A stretch of 64,000 nucleotides of DNA, from positions 26,263-90,262 of the forward strand of contig CAZWHQ010000010.1 of the NCBI GenBank assembly GCA_964633715.1, in the 5' to 3' direction. The DNA is from an uncultured Eubacteriales bacterium (GTDB lineage: Bacteria; Acidobacteriota; Aminicenantia; Aminicenantales; Aminicenantaceae). The stretch's first letter is position 1. Each line of letters starts with the position of its first letter. Of the stretch, positions 1-8,976 are shown one piece after another. Under the pieces are notes generated by a model. That model made no database searches. It was not told the DNA's origin and saw only the letters and a list, made by a program, of their open reading frames with translations. A program made the position numbers and the translations under genes.

Positions 1-621
1 CTCTTCATCAATATATCGCTGTCCAAAATAGACATCTTCCATATCTTTTCGGTTCATCTCACCCTCACCGAGACCATCATCGTTAAGATAATCATTCAGA
101 TTTCCCCAATCCACCGGTCTTAATAACGAATCTTTTTTTAGTCTTTTAATGAGCTGGTTGGCCATCTCCTCTCTGGACACAAATTCCCATGAATTCGGTT
201 TAAAACTGTAAGTCTTCAAGGGAGTGCCAACGATCAATATGTCGCTGGGGACTAAAACATTGTTAAAAAAATGCCAGATCGCCTCTTCGACCTCGGGAAA
301 AACATCTCTTATCTCAAAGATGAGAACAAATTGCCTGGACAGTTGGGGAGAAAAGATCTTTTTTTTGTCTTGGGTATCGATCCTCGATTCCCCTCTTTTT
401 GCACTCGTCTTGTTTATCAGATACACGGCATCTATGGTTTGGAGAAAACCATTTTCATACAATTCGAAATCATCGATAGTCAAATCTCCCACAAATTTAG
501 CTCCATCATAAACCCTCACCGGGACTTCAATGTTCACAGCAACGGCTTCATGCTGGATTTCTTGGGCAGCAATAGTCAATCCAAGTATAAGAACGGCTAA
601 GAAGATAAAATGTTTTTTCAA
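1..621 (-). CDS. Secreted VWA-like (TIGR03436-type VWFA-related domain) protein, partial. The gene runs off the left edge; its N-terminus lies at 621.
   Basis: My own translation of the minus strand gives a stop-free frame from a TTG at 619-621, with GGAGG 10 nt upstream. The product starts MKKHFIFLAVLILGLTIAAQE, a signal peptide, followed by a VxVxVxVxDxxGxxVxxLTxDDFxLYENG block typical of the VWFA-related acidobacterial-type domain. The plus-strand track ORFs 224..600 are shadows of this gene. Confidence 0.45.
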   Translation of the reverse strand, partial: MKKHFIFLAVLILGLTIAAQEIQHEAVAVNIEVPVRVYDGAKFVGDLTIDDFELYENGFLQTIDAVYLINKTSAKRGESRIDTQDKKKIFSPQLSRQFVLIFEIRDVFPEVEEAIWHFFNNVLVPSDILIVGTPLKTYSFKPNSWEFVSREEMANQLIKRLKKDSLLRPVDWGNLNDYLNDDGLGEGEMNRKDMEDVYFGQRYIDEE

Positions 622-750
622 GCTGAATTCCCCCTCCTGATACAAATCATCATAATTTTCTTCTGCAATCTTTGTGCCAAGCACATCCAGGGTCACAGAG
701 AACTATTTGCCTGGATCTTTGTCCTCAGTTGATGGCAAATGTCTCCCAAA

Positions 751-1620
751 TTAATATTTTATATCGGTTTCAACCGTGAAAAATTTATAGTTATCATAGA
801 TGACGGTTGTCTTGGAAAGCGTAAATCGCTGTCCTCTGGAGAAAATGTAAATTTCTTCGACATAGTATTTATTGGGGAATCTGATTTTGTTTTTCTCAAA
901 ACCAAACTCAGAGACAAATACAATTTTAGGTTTGGCTTTAAATTCTTTTGCCGTCTGTTCTATCCCTTCATAATTTCCCATGGATTTCGGATTCCACTCA
1001 ATTTTCAAAATGCTAAAATCCTCTTTCCCTATCCAAATTTTCCCATATAAAGCATCAAATGCTTCCGGAAATTTTGGTGTCGCTTCAAGAATAACAGCTT
1101 GGTTCCCTTTATATTTAACGTCTTTGAGTTTCGTGTATTCATATTTTTCCTGCTGCTTCCGGCCAAGAAGACCAATTGGCCCAAAAATAATATACTTATG
1201 AAAAAAGCGCTTTGTTTTGAGCTGAGCGTTTTTTATGTAGGTGGATATGCCTTTTTGTTTTAATAATATTCTCTGCTCATCGATAACCCCTCCAAATCTT
1301 TTTAACTGATAATCATAGACATATATGTTCCTTTCATGAGGAGAAGAAACACGTCCCGACGCATTCAGCTGCATTCGTGTTATTCCAGCCCCTGTAGAAG
1401 TCAATCTGGAAGAAGGGGAATTATTGATAACCTCCGTAATTTTTTCTTCACAAACAAAATAGAGAGCTATATTATCTAGTCTTTCACAGTACTCTGCACA
1501 TTTTTCTAGTATTTTTTCTAAATCGTACTCAGCTTCTTTTTTAACGAATTCTGATCTGCCGGACAAGGGATTTAGAAGAAAGACAAAAAGGAGAACAATC
1601 TTAAGGAATTTGGATATCAT
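751..1620 (-). CDS. Hypothetical secreted protein, 289 aa. It sits directly upstream of the VWA-like gene on the same strand.
   Basis: ATG start with AAGGAG 6 nt upstream. N-terminal signal peptide MISKFLKIVLLFVFLLNPLSG. I recognise no catalytic motif. Confidence 0.5.
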   Translation of the reverse strand: MISKFLKIVLLFVFLLNPLSGRSEFVKKEAEYDLEKILEKCAEYCERLDNIALYFVCEEKITEVINNSPSSRLTSTGAGITRMQLNASGRVSSPHERNIYVYDYQLKRFGGVIDEQRILLKQKGISTYIKNAQLKTKRFFHKYIIFGPIGLLGRKQQEKYEYTKLKDVKYKGNQAVILEATPKFPEAFDALYGKIWIGKEDFSILKIEWNPKSMGNYEGIEQTAKEFKAKPKIVFVSEFGFEKNKIRFPNKYYVEEIYIFSRGQRFTLSKTTVIYDNYKFFTVETDIKY

Positions 1621-1686
1621 TCAATCTCCTTTTTATTTATTATATTCCAACCAGAATTGAAATCCAATTTTAAGATGACTAAAAAA

Positions 1687-1960
1687 GCATTTCCATTTCC
1701 ATGATATCAAGAATGAGTTCTGGAAAGTGATCAGAAATCACGCTACGTTTTTCCCAGCCTCCACCTGTAACCTGCAGTTGAGTCGAATGGACGTCGTCAT
1801 GTCTGTCTCCATGCACATTCGTATGTGATGGAGGCAGAATGCGTAAGGGTTCCGTTCGACTCTAGAATAAATACCATGCCCGCTCGTCCTCCAAACGGAT
1901 TTCTCCATCATGCTGTCCTAGTTCCCAGAACTCTAAATATAATCACGGAAATGGAAATGC
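1687..1960. repeat. 274-bp element bounded by 19-bp terminal inverted repeats (18 of 19 matching), MITE-like or structured-RNA-like, in a 530-bp intergenic spacer.
   Basis: The left repeat gcatttccatttccatgat lies at 1687-1705. The right repeat atcacggaaatggaaatgc lies at 1942-1960 and is its reverse complement with one mismatch. The interior is non-coding and contains internal hairpins such as ctccatgcacattcgtatgtgatggag. Confidence 0.4.
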
Positions 1961-2150
1961 TTAGGATGACTCACACAAACTCAGCTGAATGAACTCTATA
2001 AGAGCAATATTCTTTACACTCAGTAAAGAAGGCTTAAAAGCCGATAACTCAGAGTTACAAAAACCAGGGAATCTTCAATTACATTTAGTCGTAACTGTAA
2101 AAGCCATTACTCCAAGTCAACACACGAAATTTGTTTGTAACTATCAGTTA

Positions 2151-3056
2151 TTAAATCGGGAATTTGATCCTTGTCAACTCTTCGGAAATATCCCAGAGCT
2201 TTTGGGCTATCTCTTTATCATGTGAAGACTCATTCGAATTGACTTTTTTTGGATATCCCTTCTGTTCTTGCCATCCGGATGGGCCGTAATAATCATTTCC
2301 TTTGACATCAGCCGCTGTAGCGGCATAGAGTGTCGGCAGGGCTCCCATATCAATCCCCTGGGAAAAAAAATGATTGAGAAAACCCAATAGACCCACATGC
2401 CTCTGAAGATCTGTGGCCGTCCAACCGGGATGCGCAGCCACTGCGATTGTCTTCGATCCAATTTTTTCCAATTTCTCCTGCAGTGCATAGGTGAAATAAA
2501 GATTGGCGATTTTGCTGTCGCCGTAGGCCTTTGTTTTTTTGTACTTTCGCTTTTCCCAGTTGAGGTCATCAAAATCCAGCTTCCCATATCTGTGACCTGT
2601 ACTACTCACTGTGACAATACGTGAATTTTCTGTCTTTAAAAGCAGGTCCAAGATTTGACCCGTCAGGGCAAAATGCCCCAGATGATTTGTCCCAAATTGG
2701 AGTTCAAATCCATCGGTGGTTTTGGAGTAGGGCGGCATCATGACACCGGCATTATTGATCAGCAAATCCAGTCGCGAATATTTTTTTTTGAATTCTTCGG
2801 CAAAAAAGCCCACCAACTTTAAGCTGGCCAGATCCAGTTCCATAACCTTTGCATCTGCATTTGGATGTGTTTCCTTTATTTTTTCTAGAGCCGCCTGACC
2901 TTTGTCCAAATTCCTGACGGCGATTACCACCGCAGCATTTTTAGCCGCAAGCACACGAGCCGTCTCGTAACCGATCCCGCTGCTGGAACCCGTGACAATG
3001 GCTACCCGACCTTTTTGATCGGGAACATCGTGGCTGTCCCATTTCTGTTGTGACAT
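2151..3056 (-). CDS. Short-chain dehydrogenase/reductase (SDR) family oxidoreductase.
   Basis: TGSSSGIG Rossmann motif near the N-terminus and a YxxxK-type active-site region. Similar to the retinol dehydrogenase / WWOX-like SDR subfamily. Confidence 0.85.
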   Translation of the reverse strand: MSQQKWDSHDVPDQKGRVAIVTGSSSGIGYETARVLAAKNAAVVIAVRNLDKGQAALEKIKETHPNADAKVMELDLASLKLVGFFAEEFKKKYSRLDLLINNAGVMMPPYSKTTDGFELQFGTNHLGHFALTGQILDLLLKTENSRIVTVSSTGHRYGKLDFDDLNWEKRKYKKTKAYGDSKIANLYFTYALQEKLEKIGSKTIAVAAHPGWTATDLQRHVGLLGFLNHFFSQGIDMGALPTLYAATAADVKGNDYYGPSGWQEQKGYPKKVNSNESSHDKEIAQKLWDISEELTRIKFPI

Positions 3057-3187
3057 GTCACTCTCCTCTACATGTAATTTGATATTCTAATTTAAACGAT
3101 CCTTTGAAAATATACTATACTTTCTAGCAGATTTCTTTCTTTCCCTAAATTTGTTGAAGGAATAAGAAGGATGAGGTAATAATAGAC

Positions 3188-4657
3188 ATGAACAAAGGGA
3201 GAAAAACCATGAGATGGCTAAAAATTGTCCTGCTCCTAACACTTTTAACGAGCAGCTGTGTTTCCAATAATCCTCCGGAACCCTACGGAACGGTCCCGAC
3301 CGAACGCCAGCTTATCTGGCACAATATGAAGTACCATGCGTTTATCCACTTTGGGCCCAATACATTTACCGATATCGAATGGGGGCATGGAGACGAGTCC
3401 CCCGATGTCTTCAATCCCTCTGAATTGGACTGCCGCCAATGGGCCAAAGTCATTAAGGACGCCGGTATGAAGGGGGCCATTATCACAGCCAAACACCATG
3501 ATGGATTTTGCCTCTGGCCTTCGGCGTACTCGACGCATACAGTCCGCGAGAGCCAATGGCGAAACGGAAAAGGCGATGTCCTCAAAGAACTGTCAGAAGC
3601 CTGCCGGGAGTTTGGAATAAAATTTGGCGTCTATCTCTCCCCCTGGGACAGGAACCACCCCACCTATTTCACAAATGCATACAACTCGGTGTTTAAAAAA
3701 ATGCTGGAGGAGGTCCTGACCAATTACGGCGATGTGTATTATGTGTTTTTCGATGGCGCCTTCAGCGTCGGGCCAAACGGGAAACGGCAGGAATACGATT
3801 GGGCAGGTTTTACCGAGGTCGTCCGCCGATGCCAACCTAACGCTGTGATATTCAGTGATGGGGGACCCGATGTCCGCTGGATTGGAAATGAAAGAGGATA
3901 CGCGTCCGAAACAAACTGGTGCACCGTAAGAAAGGACACTTTTTATCCCGGAATTGGAGGCGTCAACGACCAGCTGCTCACCGGCCATGAAGACGGCGAA
4001 CTGTGGATTCCCTCTGAAGTCAATACCTCCATCCGCCCAGGCTGGTTCTATCACAAAGAGGAAGATAACAGAGTAAAATCACTGAAAAGGCTCATTGACA
4101 ACTACTATCATTCAGTCGGGATGAATGGCAATTTTCTTTTAAATCTTCCGCCTGATACAAGAGGCCTCATCCATGAGAACGACATCCAGAGATTGATGGA
4201 GCTTAAGGCCTATCTGGATGAGGCTTTTTCACTCAACCTTGCTCTTGATGTCCGTGCGAATGCAACACAAACAAGAGGAAAATCCTTCAGCGCAAACAAA
4301 GCCGTCGATGGGAATCCCGATACCTATTGGGCCCCAAAGGATGATGTTTTAGAGGCGTCAATAGAGCTGGATTTTGGTTTGCCCAAAGAAATCAATGCCC
4401 TGCTTATCCAAGAATATATCCCATTGGGCCAGCGGGTGAAATCCTTTTCAGTTGAAGCCCAAATAGACGATAAATTTCAACAAATCGCCACCGGGATCAC
4501 TATTGGAAACCGCAGAATAGTCAAATTCAACTCGATTTTAACACAGAAAATAAAAATAAATATCTTTGCTAAGGCCTGTCCTTTGATTAGCAACATCGAA
4601 GTCTATCATGTCCCTGAGATAGATGAGAGCCCAGCCCCTCAGAAAGAGGTGATGTAA
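3188..4657 (+). CDS. GH29 alpha-L-fucosidase with a C-terminal F5/8 type C (discoidin) domain. It is probably a lipoprotein.
   Basis: Contains HFGPNTF, the block AKHHDGFCLWPS characteristic of GH29, and ANKAVDGNPDTYWAP characteristic of a discoidin domain. The signal LLLTLLTSSC is present. An alternative start at 3209 (MRWLK) has AGGGAG upstream. Confidence 0.8.
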   Translation: MNKGRKTMRWLKIVLLLTLLTSSCVSNNPPEPYGTVPTERQLIWHNMKYHAFIHFGPNTFTDIEWGHGDESPDVFNPSELDCRQWAKVIKDAGMKGAIITAKHHDGFCLWPSAYSTHTVRESQWRNGKGDVLKELSEACREFGIKFGVYLSPWDRNHPTYFTNAYNSVFKKMLEEVLTNYGDVYYVFFDGAFSVGPNGKRQEYDWAGFTEVVRRCQPNAVIFSDGGPDVRWIGNERGYASETNWCTVRKDTFYPGIGGVNDQLLTGHEDGELWIPSEVNTSIRPGWFYHKEEDNRVKSLKRLIDNYYHSVGMNGNFLLNLPPDTRGLIHENDIQRLMELKAYLDEAFSLNLALDVRANATQTRGKSFSANKAVDGNPDTYWAPKDDVLEASIELDFGLPKEINALLIQEYIPLGQRVKSFSVEAQIDDKFQQIATGITIGNRRIVKFNSILTQKIKINIFAKACPLISNIEVYHVPEIDESPAPQKEVM

Positions 4658-4674
4658 AGTCTCTTTGTTGAAGA

Positions 4675-6246
4675 TTGAAAATGCCCCTAAAGAGGAGAGA
4701 TTTTTTAAAGCTCACGGCCGCGGGTCTGTCAGGACTAGCTCTCCCGCTCAACTTTTCCTGCAGAAACCGCAGAGGCCGTCCCAATATTCTCCTCATCTGT
4801 GTGGATGACCTGCGCCCGGAGCTGGGATGTTATGGTCAAGAGTTTATCAAGTCTCCGCACCTAGACTCTCTCGCTCAAGAAGGTATTGTTTTTTCTCGAC
4901 ATTTTATTCAGGCCCCGACATGCGGCCCCTCGAGGTACAGCCTTTTAACAGGTCTGCGCCCCAGGACTAAAGCGGAGCTGAATAATGCTTTTATGGAAAA
5001 TAACTTTTATAAAAGACCGGAAACAGAAATTCCTGAAACTTTTATACACCATTTCAAGCGCAACGGTTACTTAACAGTAGGGATCGGCAAGATCAGCCAT
5101 ACTCCTGACGGCCGGATCAGAAAAGACAATTCAACATTGGAGCTGCCCTACAGTTGGGATGAGATGCTCAGTGAAAAGGGGCCTTGGGGCGGAGGATTTG
5201 ACACCTTTTTTGCCTATGCCAGCGGGGAAAGCCGGGCAAGTTTGAAGTTTCAGGTTCCTCCGTATGAGTGTGCCGACGTCCCTGACGAAGGGTATCCGGA
5301 CGGATTAAACGCAAATCTGGCTGTCCGGAAACTCAAGGAACTTTCCGTCAAGGACAAACCCTTTTTGCTGGCTGTGGGATTCTACAAACCCCACCTGCCT
5401 TTTAATTCTCCAAAAAAATACTGGGATCTCTATAAACGCCAAAACATATCTTTGTCTCCCAATCCTGATGTGCCAGTCAACACTTCATTGGACCTCCTGC
5501 ATGACAGCCGTGAATTTTTCGGCAACTACCAAAAGGGAAAAGAATATGGAGCGAGAGGAAAAAAGATCAGCGAGGCGTATGCCCGAGAAATTCGTCATGC
5601 CTACTTTGCAGCCGTAAGCTATGTCGATGCTCAAATTGGAAAGGTTCTCGACAATTTAAAGGATCTCGAATTGGACAAGAATACCATTGTCGTCCTATGG
5701 GGAGACCACGGATGGCATTTAGGCGACCACACGATATGGGGGAAACACAGCCCATTTGAACGGTCCACCCACAGCCCGCTTATTATCAAATTCCCCGGCA
5801 TGAAGAGGTCCGGAATCAGCACAAGAGCACTGACAGAAACAATCGATATCTATCCAACACTCTGCAGTCTAACAGGAATTCATCCTCCCCCCGGCCTCGA
5901 GGGAAAAAGCCTTATCAAAATTCTGGATGAGCCGCAGACAGATGGAAAACAGGCCGTCTACAGCTACCAGAATAACCGCATTTCCATGAGGACAGACCGC
6001 TTCCGACTTGTCGCCCAGTATGAAGAGGACCGCCCTTGGACATTTGCCCTGTTTGATCACCAGGCCGATCCCTATGAAACAATAAATATTGCCGAAGACC
6101 ATAAAGATATCGTCGAACAATTACTGCCGCTGCTGAATGAAGGCAACACAGGGATTATCCCAAAAATTGATTTGACAAAGAATGGGGATGGATCTCAAAA
6201 AATTTGCCCCGATAATCAATCCTGTGGTATGTTCAAACCAGAATAA
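4675..6246 (+). CDS. Sulfatase, formylglycine-dependent, iduronate-2-sulfatase-like, with a Tat signal.
   Basis: The N-terminus has a Tat motif RRDFLK. ILLICVDDLRPELGCYGQ closely resembles the iduronate-2-sulfatase N-terminus. The C-x-P-S-R formylglycine motif is present as CGPSR. Confidence 0.85.
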   Translation: MKMPLKRRDFLKLTAAGLSGLALPLNFSCRNRRGRPNILLICVDDLRPELGCYGQEFIKSPHLDSLAQEGIVFSRHFIQAPTCGPSRYSLLTGLRPRTKAELNNAFMENNFYKRPETEIPETFIHHFKRNGYLTVGIGKISHTPDGRIRKDNSTLELPYSWDEMLSEKGPWGGGFDTFFAYASGESRASLKFQVPPYECADVPDEGYPDGLNANLAVRKLKELSVKDKPFLLAVGFYKPHLPFNSPKKYWDLYKRQNISLSPNPDVPVNTSLDLLHDSREFFGNYQKGKEYGARGKKISEAYAREIRHAYFAAVSYVDAQIGKVLDNLKDLELDKNTIVVLWGDHGWHLGDHTIWGKHSPFERSTHSPLIIKFPGMKRSGISTRALTETIDIYPTLCSLTGIHPPPGLEGKSLIKILDEPQTDGKQAVYSYQNNRISMRTDRFRLVAQYEEDRPWTFALFDHQADPYETINIAEDHKDIVEQLLPLLNEGNTGIIPKIDLTKNGDGSQKICPDNQSCGMFKPE

Positions 6247-6297
6247 ATTAAATTTTTGACTTAATAGAAAGGACTTTTACATAAAGGAGAATCAAAA

Positions 6298-6546
6298 ATG
6301 GATGACAAACAGAAAAAATTTGAATGTGCCCACTGCGGCTTCACCGCTGACAACAAATTCACAGGGGATATCTGCCCCGATTGTGGATTGACATTCTGGA
6401 AATGCGGCAACTGTGGATTTCTCCATACTGCGGCTGCTCCACCCAACACATGCCCATCATGCAAACAAAAATGTGAGTTCCGAAATGTCTCATGTTACAC
6501 ACCTGACTGTGGGGGACCGGGCAAAGTGGATCCCCGTTTAGTCTAA
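6298..6546 (+). CDS. Small rubredoxin-like double zinc-ribbon protein, 82 aa.
   Basis: Four CxxC knuckles are present: CAHCG, CPDCG, CGNCG and CPSC. Two of them are the CPxCG form typical of rubredoxin. AAGGAG lies 8 nt upstream of the ATG. Confidence 0.55.
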   Translation: MDDKQKKFECAHCGFTADNKFTGDICPDCGLTFWKCGNCGFLHTAAAPPNTCPSCKQKCEFRNVSCYTPDCGGPGKVDPRLV

Positions 6547-6624
6547 ATCACAACTGCAGATTGACCCCATATCTCCGGTGTGCTAACTTATCCTTCAAGC
6601 TAATTAAACCTGGAGGAAAAAAAC

Positions 6625-7035
6625 ATGGCTAAAATTGAATGGGACAACAGCTTATCCATTGGCGTGGATATAATTGATGAGCAGCACAAAATGCTCATCC
6701 AAAAATTAAAAGATCTTTCCGATGCTTTCCAGATGGGACTCGAACAGAACAAAATGCTGAAGACCATAGATTTTATGATCGATTATACCGACTTTCACTT
6801 CTGTGAGGAAGAGAACCTCATGGCTAAGCATAAGTATCCGGGATTAGAAGCACAAAAAAAACAGCACAGGGAATTTCAGGAAACACTGAGCCATATATTG
6901 GAGGACTATCAGGATGAGGGCCCAACCAAGGCTCTGGCAACGTCTATCAACGTTTTTTTGCTCAACTGGTTAATCAATCATATCAAAGGTGTTGATGTCC
7001 AAATCGGAAAATTTTTATCTGACAAAACGAGCTAG
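6625..7035 (+). CDS. Hemerythrin-like (bacteriohemerythrin) protein.
   Basis: The N-terminus MAKIEWDNSLSIGVDIIDEQHKML is hemerythrin-like. His and Glu ligand spacing (H..H..E..H..H..D) is conserved. A strong RBS GGAGG is present. Confidence 0.8.
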   Translation: MAKIEWDNSLSIGVDIIDEQHKMLIQKLKDLSDAFQMGLEQNKMLKTIDFMIDYTDFHFCEEENLMAKHKYPGLEAQKKQHREFQETLSHILEDYQDEGPTKALATSINVFLLNWLINHIKGVDVQIGKFLSDKTS

Positions 7036-7074
7036 AACTCACAAAGATCCTTTGATTCGAGACAGGTCAAAAAA

Positions 7075-8967
7075 ATGAAAGAATTAAAGCTGTTCGGTAC
7101 CAAAATTATCGATGACGTCTTTACCGACGAAATTTCTTTTTTTAAGCCTAAATTTGAGGTGGATTATGACGCCTATGTGGAAAGACTCTGGAAGGCCAAT
7201 CCGGAGCTCCACAAAATCCTCAAAAACGCGGATGACTTGGAGGCCGCAAGGGATGGTGTCTTTTCCTATCTGGAGCAAGCCGAACGAGAAATATTCGCTG
7301 TGGACAACGATCTCCATATTTTGGAAAAGGCTACCGTGAGGGAAGGAATCCGTGCTTTTAAAAGTATAATCGGTCCGGTCAATGAATACCGCACCGAAGT
7401 GTCTGCCCTGGATATCTTGTGGAAGTTGGCTCAGGACACAAAAGACGACATCAGAACAGAAGTTTCTGTAGGATTTTTAATGGAATTTATCAATCTGTTC
7501 CGGAGTGTCATCGGTCAATCCAATATCTATCATGAGAATGGTGAGGTCAAAAAACATATTCCCGACTTTTTAAAGCTCGAGGGACTTGCAGCAGCTCAGG
7601 CGAGAACGGACATCCTGGATGAATTGGGTTCAACTGTAAAGAAATATTTTAAAAAATATCCTTCCGGACTCGAAGACGAAGTGATTTTTTGGCGAAAAGA
7701 AAATAAGACAAAAATACTCCATTATTTTGGAGGAAAAGAGGCAGATTGGAACGATTATAAATGGCATCTCAAACATGTTATCAGTGATTCCAAACCGCTT
7801 CTGGATCTCATCGAACTGACCAAAAATCAAAAAAATGCCATCGAAAAAGCCAATCTCAACAAAATACCCTTTGGGATCACACCCTACTATCTCAGCTTGA
7901 TGGATTCAAATATCTCCATCGGTTATGATCACGCTATTCGCGCACAGGTGATCCCTCCAAAAAAATACGTGGACTCGATGTCCGAACACCGGGAGGAACG
8001 GAACACCTTTTTTGATTTTATGGGAGAACATGACACCTCTCCACAGGATTTGATCACACGCCGCTATCCCTTAATTTCGATCTTAAAGCCCTTTAATACA
8101 TGCGCACAGATCTGCATCTACTGCCAGCGCAACTGGGAGATCGAACGGGTATTGGATCCAAAAGCCACGGCCTCGAAAGAACAGATCGATTTAGCCCTGG
8201 ACTGGTTTGATGACCACAAAAGTGTCGGAGACATTTTGATAACAGGCGGAGATCCTGTCGTGATGAAAGACAATCAATTGGAGAGGATTTTAGACATCCT
8301 AGCCAAGAAAAAACACATCTACCGCATCCGACTCGGAACAAGGACACCGGTTGTCCTTCCCATGCGCTGGACCGACGACTTGATCAAGATTGCCGCCAAA
8401 TATCACGATCCTCCACGAAGAGAGATTGCCGTCGTCACACATTTTGAACATCCCTACGAAATCACCCCGGAGAGCTTGGAGGCCGTTCAAAAAATTCGAA
8501 AAACCGGGATCGGTGTCTATAACCAGGTCGTCTTCACCATGGAAAATTCCCGGCGTTTTGAACTGGCAAAGCTCCGCTGGGACTTAAAATCCATCGGCGT
8601 GGATCCTTACTACACATTCAACATGAAAGGAAAAGAGGAAACCCAACAGTATATGGTCCCCATTGCACGAATTTTGCAGGAAAGGAAGGAGGAGGCCCGG
8701 CTGCTGCCCGGACTGGACCGCACAGACGAACCTGTTTTTAATGTGCCTAAATTGGGGAAGAACCATCTGCGCTCCTGGCAGGATCACCGCTTAGTGATGA
8801 TTCTGCCCAATGGCTCTCGAGTCTATGAATTTCATCCTTGGGAAAAAAACATTGCTCCGGTTCCACCATATAATTATATCGATGTTCCTATCTACGATTA
8901 CCTGGAAGAGTTGGCGGCCCGGGGTGAAAATATACGGGATTACCGGACAATCTGGTTTTATTATTAG
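7075..8967 (+). CDS. KamA-family radical SAM aminomutase, unusually long at 630 aa, with an extra N-terminal domain of about 220 aa.
   Basis: The CxxxCxxC cluster motif is present as CAQICIYC. The TPYYLSLMD, RAQVIP and ITGGDPVVM blocks match lysine 2,3-aminomutase family cores. The N-terminal 220 aa have no KamA counterpart. Confidence 0.8.
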   Translation: MKELKLFGTKIIDDVFTDEISFFKPKFEVDYDAYVERLWKANPELHKILKNADDLEAARDGVFSYLEQAEREIFAVDNDLHILEKATVREGIRAFKSIIGPVNEYRTEVSALDILWKLAQDTKDDIRTEVSVGFLMEFINLFRSVIGQSNIYHENGEVKKHIPDFLKLEGLAAAQARTDILDELGSTVKKYFKKYPSGLEDEVIFWRKENKTKILHYFGGKEADWNDYKWHLKHVISDSKPLLDLIELTKNQKNAIEKANLNKIPFGITPYYLSLMDSNISIGYDHAIRAQVIPPKKYVDSMSEHREERNTFFDFMGEHDTSPQDLITRRYPLISILKPFNTCAQICIYCQRNWEIERVLDPKATASKEQIDLALDWFDDHKSVGDILITGGDPVVMKDNQLERILDILAKKKHIYRIRLGTRTPVVLPMRWTDDLIKIAAKYHDPPRREIAVVTHFEHPYEITPESLEAVQKIRKTGIGVYNQVVFTMENSRRFELAKLRWDLKSIGVDPYYTFNMKGKEETQQYMVPIARILQERKEEARLLPGLDRTDEPVFNVPKLGKNHLRSWQDHRLVMILPNGSRVYEFHPWEKNIAPVPPYNYIDVPIYDYLEELAARGENIRDYRTIWFYY

Positions 8968-8976
8968 CCGTATTTT

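Noticed and set aside
224-600. Plus-strand track ORFs 224..511 and 271..600.
   Set aside because: They are antisense shadows of the minus-strand VWA-like gene, which has a clean signal peptide and RBS. They have no motifs and a low-complexity composition.
1835-1870. tRNA- or tmRNA-like T-arm impression (gggttccgttcgactc).
   Set aside because: It does not match the GGTTCGAATCC T-loop consensus. No acceptor stem or CCA context is present. It lies inside the inverted-repeat element.
6298-6546. The Cys-rich 82-aa protein as a RiPP precursor for the adjacent radical SAM enzyme.
   Set aside because: The neighbour is KamA-family, a PLP-dependent aminomutase type, not a SPASM or twitch RiPP maturase. 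The CPxCG spacing fits an Fe(Cys)4 rubredoxin-like fold better than a precursor peptide.
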